A DNA stretch of 64,000 bases, taken from Amoebophrya sp. A120 (taxonomy: Eukaryota > Protista > Dinoflagellata). The stretch is from assembly GCA_905178155.1 (NCBI GenBank), contig CAJINV010000009.1, positions 1,746,659 through 1,810,658 on the forward strand, read 5' to 3'. The notes beneath the pieces are model-generated. The model saw only the letters and a list, made by a program, of their open reading frames with translations, was not told the DNA's origin and ran no database searches. Position 1 is the stretch's first letter. Each line of letters starts with the position of its first letter. Below, one piece after another: positions 56,306 through 64,000 of this stretch. The translations under genes and the position numbers were made by a program.

Positions 56306-57276
56306 TTATTTTACCAAAAAATCGCGGGAAAAAAGTTTAAGCTTTAGGTTTCGTGTTTCGAAGGTGGGTCTTCCACGCAATTTCTGCACGCTACAGAGAC
56401 GCGTCTGAGGCTGCTAGCAAAGCTAAGGGCACACAGTCTGCGAAGGCATTGCCAAGCAGACTTCGTAAAAAGAAGTAGACAGGATCCCATCGGGGTAAAC
56501 ACAAGAAGGACAAAAAAGAAAAAAATCGGATTGCCAAAAACAACACCAGAGACGGAAATCATGATCATCGGAAAGAAGCACGAGCATGACGTGAATCAGT
56601 ATCAAAGGTGCTCCAGATCGCACATGTTTTCGGAGAAAAGCTTGCTGTTGCTCCATTGGTTGCGACTCGCGAACATCTGGTACATCAATCGATGATCGAG
56701 TTGCGCTTGGCCTCAACCCCCATGGATTCGTTTCCTCATTCAAGACAAGGACGTTAGCGCGACAAAGTTTTTTTTTCGGCCGGTGTGTACAGGTGATATA
56801 TTTGGTCTGCTTCAGCGTCTGTAGTGTGACGAGTGGTAAGAACCGAGCTTGTCAGCTGTTGGTTCCGGCGGGACTGAAGGGCTTCAATTGTTCATTCATA
56901 TTTTATATATGGTACTACATGATACAAGATTAGCAGAAACACAAATCGGCAGGCACGATGATGCTATTTTGTACAGGGGCATTACCAGCAATGGCATTGG
57001 CAGACTCCAACTTCAACCAATCCGTCAAATCAACTTGAACTTAAAAGGTAAAGGATAAGGTGGTTAACAAGGTTTAACAAGGTAAAGATATTAAAGGTTA
57101 AGGTTTAAGTTTAGCTTTTTGCGTTTTTCCTTGAAAGATCATGATCATGTGTATACAGTGAGTATATGCGCGTCGTCATATCAATCGTGAGTCAGCATCA
57201 ACGAAGCTGCGTATTTCCAATTTCATCCAAATGCTGCCATACCAGCACTCTTTTTCGACTACGTCGTTTCATCAAT

Positions 57277-60200
57277 CTACTTTTTCTTCTTCCCACCGCC
57301 GGCCTTGGCCTTTTTGTCCTTTGGACCCTTCGGACCGGCAGCTTGTGCCCTCAGGGCGGCCTCTATCCACAGAAAAAAAACCCATCCCCATCCATTTTTT
57401 GCATGACAGACACGGGATTTGATGTATGTTTTGCATGAAAAATTGGATGTCGTGGATGGGTGTTTTTCCGGGATAGCCTCCTCCGCGGCTTTCTGGCGTT
57501 CCAGCTCCAGCCGCTCCTGTATGAGAGTGCACAACTCCCCCTCACCCTCATTTGTATAGCATGAACGGCAATCATCATCATCATGTAGTGGACACCCGCA
57601 CCCAGCGCCACAGGTCAAGGATCCCCTCCCCGGGGGGTAGGCGAGCGGCAATACAAGCATCAGCAAGAGTGCCGGTTTTGCATGACAGATTTGCAGTGGA
57701 GGGTGGTGCTATTTGGGCTACCAGAACTTGTCATGCAAACAGTCGAAGAGGCAAAGGGAAGGGTGGATTGGGTTTGGGTATTTTGCATGACAAATGAGGG
57801 GGAGGGGGAGTTGTGCATTGTCATATCCTGCTCCAGCTTGTCCTGTTCCAACGCCGCCGCCTCCAGCTCCTCCTCAATTTGTCTCTGCTTGGCCTCCCGC
57901 TGCAGCCGGCGCTCCTCCAGCCGGCGCAGCTTCTCCTGCTTGCGCTCCTCCTCCTCCCGCCGGAGCTGCTCTTCCTTGATCGCCTGCAATTTGATGGACT
58001 CCGTGATGTCCGGCGCGTTCAGGATCATGTCGTCCGGGTCCAGTTCCACCGGGCGCAGCTCCGCCAGCTGCTCGCTGGACATGGTGGTCAGCTTGTTCTG
58101 CGAGGCGATGGTCTGGTTCGAGGACTCCCCGCCCCGGCCGTACAAGACGCCGATCTCCCGCTCCAGTTTGTGGAAAATCTGGGAGTACTTTTGGTCCTGC
58201 TGCCAGTCGTCGACGCTCAGCTGCATGTCCCCGATGCGGCGCCCGAACTCGCTGGTACCCAGACTGTTGTTGTAAAACACGTTCCGGAGAGTATCCTCAG
58301 CAAAAACGTCCCCACCCCATAGTCAAGTTGGGAATCTGGCAACACAAATCTCCAAGTTTTGGAAGCTGTGCATGACAAGTCTCCCTGTGCAGTGTAGGGC
58401 TGGCTGGCAAGGAAAGCCGCATGAGAAAGCCATTTTCCCATCGTTTTTACAGCATTACAAATTCCAAAACACGATTGGAAATTCCTCTCATGGAACTGCG
58501 CATTGCAAATGTTCCTGTCATTGCACATGTGCATGACAACTCTGTCGTGGGCACATTTTTACTCAGAATAGAGCGCGCTCAGCTCGAACAGCTGGTCGGC
58601 CACGTCCTCGTCTCCGTCGTCGTAGTTGATGCGCTATCCTGTGCAAAAGTATCGCACTCGTACGAATTGCAGTTATGCATGACAAATTTCCTTTCCAAGG
58701 TAAAACAGCATGACAAATTCAATTTTTCATGCTGAGAAAATTTGTAATGAAATTTATACTAGTACGATGGTTTTGCAATTCATATGTGCGCCCCCGCGGA
58801 CACCAGCATGTCAAAAATCGCCTTCCGGCCCAACTTCGACGCCTCGATGATGGGGGTCTGTCGGTAGAAGTCCTCGACCTCGAGCAAGTTCACGTAGATT
58901 TTTTGCTTTTTGCGCACCGTCAAGCTCGCGTAGACACTTTTCGCGTTCTCCTGCTCCTGCAACAGAATCTCACGCTGCAAATCGTCTAGCTCTTTGCGCA
59001 TCGTCGGGCTGTTGCTGTTCGTGTTAGTAACGTTCAACAACTTCAGCATTTTCGCGCTCGGACTGCTCGGGGCGGCTGCCGCAACACCAGCGTCATCTTC
59101 GTCGTCAACGTTTTCTGTTGTGAGTTGCTGGTTCAGGACATCCGTTCCTCCCGTGTTCTTCAGGGCCTGCGCCACCACGTCCGCCTTGAAGCGTGTCCCT
59201 TTCGGCCAGTCGGACTTGGCATCGAGCAGCAGCTCGTCCAGTGTGGGGATGGGCGGCGGGGCGAGCTCTTTGCGAATGCGGACGTTGTAGTCCTGCCGCC
59301 GCTGCCACATCCCCTCGCACTCGACGAGCAAGTCCCTGTACTCCTGCAGTTCCTCATCCAGCTCCTTTCGCCAGTCTTCCGCTTCGAACTCGGGCGGGAA
59401 AACCTTCATCTCGTCAACTTCAATCTTCATCAGCTGGGCCTTGGACGGAGAAAGAGCACTTGCTGGTGATGGTGCAGCGTTCTTCTCACTCTGCGTCTGC
59501 CCAATCTGCTCGTTATTATTTCCGCCATTTTTGTCCACTATCTCGACATTCTTCCGTCCAGTGCTAAGTGGGGTGTTGGCAAATTGGACGGCAGCATGCG
59601 TGCCCTCGGTGTTCATCGGATCACTTTCCAGTAATTGCGGTAGGGCGACGTCGACATTGCCTCCTGCATTTTTCCTTTTCGGGTCATTGTAATCAGCTTC
59701 CGTAATTTCTATTTCATTCTTTCTTGCTTCATCAATTTCGCCATCTTCACGCTCTACTTCCCTCGTCTGTGGTCCGCCCAAGGTTTCTTCGTCGCCACTG
59801 ACTGCAGCCGTGCGGATTATTTCGCTTGCTCGACCGTCTTGATGCCGATCTACGTCAGGCGCACCCGCGGGAATAATGCGGCCATGTTTAGTATTAGTCC
59901 CCTCTCCACCAGCAGCATCTTCTTCATCAGGCTCTAGCGTTTTCTCCGATTCGAGACTATGTGGATGCAGAGCTTGGCCTTGTTGCTGATGATGAGTATG
60001 ATCCCTAGCAGCTACAACAACCGTCGCCGCATGCTGTGGGGATGTCGAGCTTGACGACGCCGAGGCTCCGCGATTAGAATTTGCCGTTCTGTTACTGGTT
60101 TCTTGTTCACCTCCCAACAAGATTTGCGACATGAAGGGATAGTCTTGCGCGTTGGCCGCCGCCCATTTTTTCTTGTACCGCTCGACGGCGCCCAAAACCA

Positions 60201-60729
60201 GTGGCTTGTAGGCGGTTTCTTCCTCGATTACGTAGTCCTTTACCATCGAATCCAGAAACTTGAGCAGTTGCTTTTCAGATTCTTTCGTGGAATCGTTCTC
60301 CAGCTGGTCGTCTTCCCGGAAAAACCCGCCGGCCACCATCGAGTCGATGCCGAACTTCCCGCGCTTCCCGGCCTTCATCGGGTCGAGGTAGTGCTGCGCG
60401 TTCAGTTCCAGAATTTTGGAGCTGAGCACCTTCATGTTGTACCGAATGGCGTAGTGGAGCAGCGTGCGGCCGAACTTGTCCTGGAGGTGAAGTTCCTTCT
60501 CGTACAGTTTCGAGTAGAAATCGGAGGAATAGGGCCCGGCGCGGAGGTTGTCCGTCGTCATCAGCATCTCCATCAACTCCTCCTCGCTCATGCCCTTTCT
60601 CAACGCGTAGATCATGCGGGAACCGAACTCCTGGAAGTCGATGTCCTGCGTGTGCAGCGAGTGGAACCGGGGTACCCGTCCATCCAGCACGGCCCCCGAG
60701 GGAATCAGCGTTTCCGTCACGAAAGGCAT
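57277..60729 (-). CDS. Ankyrin-repeat protein with C-terminal coiled coil; five exons, 861 aa predicted
   Basis: Ankyrin motifs DKFGRTLLHYAIR and QTPIIEASKLG...LVSAGAHIN. Exons 60729-58785, 58629-58571, 58286-57826, 57514-57476 and 57358-57277 total 2586 nt with no internal stop. Junctions can slide within the 5-nt repeats. Confidence 0.85.
57364..57475 (-). mobile_element. Introner A (112 bp)
   Basis: TATCC...GGATA inverted ends. Perfect direct repeat GAGGC (sense strand) on both sides. Can be spliced as a GC-AG intron. Confidence 0.85.
57520..57825 (-). mobile_element. Introner B (306 bp)
   Basis: ~36-nt inverted arms (TATGACAATGCACAACTCCCCCTC vs TATGAGAGTGCACAACTCCCCCTC). Perfect direct repeat CAGGA. 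Can be spliced as a GA-AG intron. Confidence 0.9.
58292..58570 (-). mobile_element. Introner C (279 bp)
   Basis: 24-nt arms (TATTCTGAGTAAAAATGTGCCCAC vs TATCCTCAGCAAAAACGTCCCCAC). Direct repeat CGCTC/CTCTC. Removal plus 5 nt restores the frame (..SALRNVFY..). Confidence 0.85.
58635..58784 (-). mobile_element. Introner D (150 bp)
   Basis: ~34-nt imperfect arms with TAT...ATA ends. Direct repeat GCACA/GCGCA. Removal plus 5 nt restores the ankyrin-type GAHINYDD. Confidence 0.85.
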
Positions 60730-61623
60730 TGTGGTCGTCGTGCTCCGGAAGGAGCCCCCGTGCTAGCGTTTACAGCTGTTTACCACCGACTGAAGACATG
60801 CATCAGAAGAAAAGATGATCATGAAACAAGGGCAAACCGGTATGATAGTATAGATGAAAGCGAGGTTGTTGTTTTGGTTGAAAAAAAATCCCTTATAGTT
60901 TTACCATTCATCAGCTAAGATGGAAAGGCGGATATCAGCGTTGGTATTTGCATGATCACAACAAAGGATGCGACTTACAGAGCAGGACATCAAGGTAACA
61001 ATACTTGCGCAGGTTGCAGCGCCAGAACCAGAAGAGTCAGGTGGTTATTCATTACTTTATCAGGGAATAAAGGAGAAGCAGGACCTGGACCGAGAGGACT
61101 CAATGAAACATACCAACTGCTCCCACGGGGCGGACGATATAATGTTTCGAAAGCGATGAAAATGGCGAGACGAGTTGTGTGTAAAAACCACGATGCGATA
61201 CGACGCCCGCCCAGCCCAGCATGCCATAGCGAGCCATGAATTGCGCGACAGGGAAAGATCCGAATCACGAACAAAAGTATTATACAGGCACTGGTGGTAC
61301 TTTTTCATCTAGCGTAGCGCTTCCCCTCTGGTGCTTTTTCTTTGAAGCGGCAGAATTATGGGATCACAGCAGACAACCGGTGACCGGTGACCGAGACCGG
61401 ACCGAGATCGAGAGAGTGTTTGTACCTATGACCAGAGGTCGCGCAGACTCTACGAACAGAATTTTTACGCGCGGCAGAAGCTGCCTTTGCCCAACTGCTT
61501 CAGCAGTTGACCAGTCTACACCGTCACACGCGCAGCTTCAATCAGAAGCCTACACGTGACACGTTGTCAGCATGCCTGAAGATGACGAGCTCGAGCCGAG
61601 TTGTGCCTGCATAGTCAACAATT

Positions 61624-61962
61624 TCACGCTTCGCCTTCGAGTTTTGGAAGGTAATTGATTGTGAGAACGATGGCGCCGCTGCTCATCAGCATGCAGAATG
61701 AGGTCCATTGGTTGCTCGAGCTGGCTGCCACAAAGACCGGCCAGCCGCGAGGGGCGGCCCGGGCCTCCCTTGAGTCAAACGTAGAGATGAGCATCACGCC
61801 CGCGAAGAGCAACAACATGCAACCCAGGACGCATATGTACGGCGCCCGGCCCATCCGAATATGTTGCCGGATCAGGCTGCGGATGGTTTGGCGAATCGCC
61901 GCTACCACTTCCTTCACCTTCCCCATCACCGTCCTCGTTCCTCCCCTGGATGCAGGCGGCAT
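61624..61962 (-). CDS. Possible small membrane protein or exon
   Basis: GC-rich coding-like ORF with hydrophobic segment YICVLGCMLLLFAGVMLI. Confidence 0.35.
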   Translation of the reverse strand: MPPASRGGTRTVMGKVKEVVAAIRQTIRSLIRQHIRMGRAPYICVLGCMLLLFAGVMLISTFDSREARAAPRGWPVFVAASSSNQWTSFCMLMSSGAIVLTINYLPKLEGEA

Positions 61963-62878
61963 GCTGTGGCCGTCTGCTTACAGTTCCAAAAATTGAACTC
62001 AAGATGACTAGGCTGTTCCGGTCCCCCGAGGACGGTCTTGTGCGCACTTTTTAAGGAAATAGGACGACCGCTGCACCAGACTACACGGGAATCCACAGAT
62101 CATGTAGGGGTTTATTGCATTTCCATTTACCTCCTTAACGACAAACACGCCGCAACTAAGCGACAAGGGTCGCAATTTATTTCTTTTCTGAGTTGTTGTT
62201 GTACTATCTAAGTTAGACTGATAAACGGAAGATAGAAGAGATGAGATGCATTCTTATTCTTTCTCTTCAAACGCCACACTTCATCGCGCGTGGCCGCGAC
62301 GACGACCACCGCTGGCCACGATCGTGCTTATTCAACGGGATATGTTGTTGACAAGCAGGTCGCAATGCGTACTTATACGGAACTCGTGTTGGTGAAAATG
62401 AAGATCCTAGTACGCTTTTTTTTCTATTTGGTCGTTCCCTCTCGACGCCGGAACAAGTAGCCGCAGATGACAATACCGCATCCGTACTATACCGTATCGA
62501 CTCTCACTGCCTCGAATAAGCAATAACTTGATATGGAGGCATGCCGCACGAAGAAAAGCGGTCTCTGAAGAGGATCGTCGTTTGCGAATGCGAGAACACA
62601 GGAAATAGTGCGACTATGAGTTGTACAAAAAGTAAGATGACGTTTCCTCGCTAGTGGCGGGATCATACTGAGTGTGTGTCGCAGTCGCTGATAGTACACT
62701 TTATCATCGCTCTATCATCTTCATGTCGTCGTTGTCGCTGATGCTCAGTATGCTATCATCCAAGTTCATCGTTCCAAAAATACAGAAGATTGGAGGAACG
62801 AACTGTGGAACAACTGAAACTGTTGAAACTGTCATCCTACAATTTCATTATTCTCACTTTGAAAGCGTTAAGGTTTGC

Positions 62879-63688
62879 TTACAACTGCGCCCCGTATTGT
62901 GAATCCAAAAGAGCCAGCCAGCGGTGGTTTTTCCCGAGCGAAACTCGCCAGCAATTCCGGATCTTTTCGTGCAGAACTGCTTTCAATCGGTGGTCGTTTC
63001 GGTTTTTTACTAATGCTTCGCGATTTCGGTCCCCAAGCTCAGCGTCGTCCCCCTCGCGATCCCAAACTTCCTCGAGATATTCCTCCAATACGACTCCGAC
63101 GTAGGGATGGCAAGAAGAGTAGAAGGCCGCGCGGGAAAGTGGACTTTTTGTTGATCTTCCTACTGTCTCTGTCGTGCCGTCAAGAGAATGGTCCTGGGCG
63201 GTATCGCCACGCGCATCACAACTCTTTCCTGAAAAGAAGTTTTCAACGTTATCGGCATACAATTGGAATTCGCGGTCGCGCCGTTTCCCGAGCGCGCCTA
63301 GTGCTTGAATCCGGAGTTGCACCATTCTGTGCACCAGGTAGTGATGTTTTGGCAGCCGAATCGTGTCGAGATCGGAATCCCGAAGAAAGTCCTGCAGCAC
63401 ACGTAGGGTCAGGCCGTTCCCGCCGCGATTAATCGCGTCGTCGAACGCCCGGCAAACTTTTTCGCAGTAATGTTCCTCCTTGGAGAACGGTACTGCCCAC
63501 GAGGGGGCGTTTTTTTCTGAATAGCCTTTGGTTTTTTCCATTAGCACGTGCAAGAACCGGAGCGATCCTTGAACGCCGATTATCATCAAGAAAAAAACGA
63601 GCATGCCGTTGTGGCTGGAATGACTATATATAACAGTTCGAATAGTGCGTGTGCGCTGCATCAACAGCAAGTGCGAGTGCGAGCTCAT
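62879..63688 (-). CDS. Hypothetical protein (start uncertain)
   Basis: 269-aa ORF on the gene-bearing strand with a hydrophobic N-terminal segment. No domain recognised. Confidence 0.45.
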   Translation of the reverse strand: MSSHSHLLLMQRTRTIRTVIYSHSSHNGMLVFFLMIIGVQGSLRFLHVLMEKTKGYSEKNAPSWAVPFSKEEHYCEKVCRAFDDAINRGGNGLTLRVLQDFLRDSDLDTIRLPKHHYLVHRMVQLRIQALGALGKRRDREFQLYADNVENFFSGKSCDARGDTAQDHSLDGTTETVGRSTKSPLSRAAFYSSCHPYVGVVLEEYLEEVWDREGDDAELGDRNREALVKNRNDHRLKAVLHEKIRNCWRVSLGKNHRWLALLDSQYGAQL

Positions 63689-64000
63689 CTTCTTACTTAC
63701 ATAACAAAATGAAAATCTGCATTGCTGCAGATATCATATTAGCTTTTGCTTTCGTATTCCTCCATCTGCATCTTCTTGTTGACCTGGAGTTTCACTTTTT
63801 GTTACTTTTACATAAAAGGCACTGGCACACTAGTTCTTTTCTCTTTGATATGAACGGGGCCGGCCAGATACTGGTGAACTTCGGCGGGCCAAAACCACTC
63901 CGCTGTGCTTTCTGAAATTTCGCTTATTTTTGTGCTCAACAAAGACACGGCTGTGCGGGTGTGGTCTCCAGACAGGATCGATGGCGATGGTTCACGTGTG

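Noticed and set aside
57277-57666. 129-aa ORF reading through introner A as a separate gene
   Set aside because: The 117-nt insert is simply a stop-free multiple of three. The ORF starts inside introner B, and the spliced model explains the region better.
9900-60918. Many plus-strand ORFs of 100-340 aa
   Set aside because: They are antisense shadows of GC3-rich minus-strand genes and carry no motifs.

Overview
Eukaryotic genomic DNA, most consistent with an Amoebophrya-like syndinian dinoflagellate (inference from gene layout and intron style). All credible genes lie on the minus strand and most have few introns. The left end has a (GCCAA)n array, then a 4.0-kb element (1806-5849) with terminal inverted repeats (TIRs), a 5-bp target-site duplication (TSD) and internal telomere-like heptamers. 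Following it are: two acidic Trp-repeat proteins separated by perfect palindromes; a large RBR E3 ligase whose IBR finger is split by transmembrane segments; a 5'-truncated RTE-like LINE with a 14-bp TSD and a zinc-finger insert; an AP2-like ORF; a renalase-like/MTHFSD fusion; a RING protein; a CitE-MaoC fusion with a transit-peptide-like leader; a membrane protein with an HYD1-like ADP-ribosyltransferase motif; a P-loop-less kinesin/FHA protein; a heptad-repeat membrane protein; and an ankyrin gene. The clearest signal is in the ankyrin gene, which is interrupted by four hairpin-like introner elements. Each has TAT...ATA ends, a 5-nt flanking direct repeat and internal GCATGA motifs, and removing them restores one 861-aa reading frame. 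All domain calls come from motif recognition by eye, not database searches.
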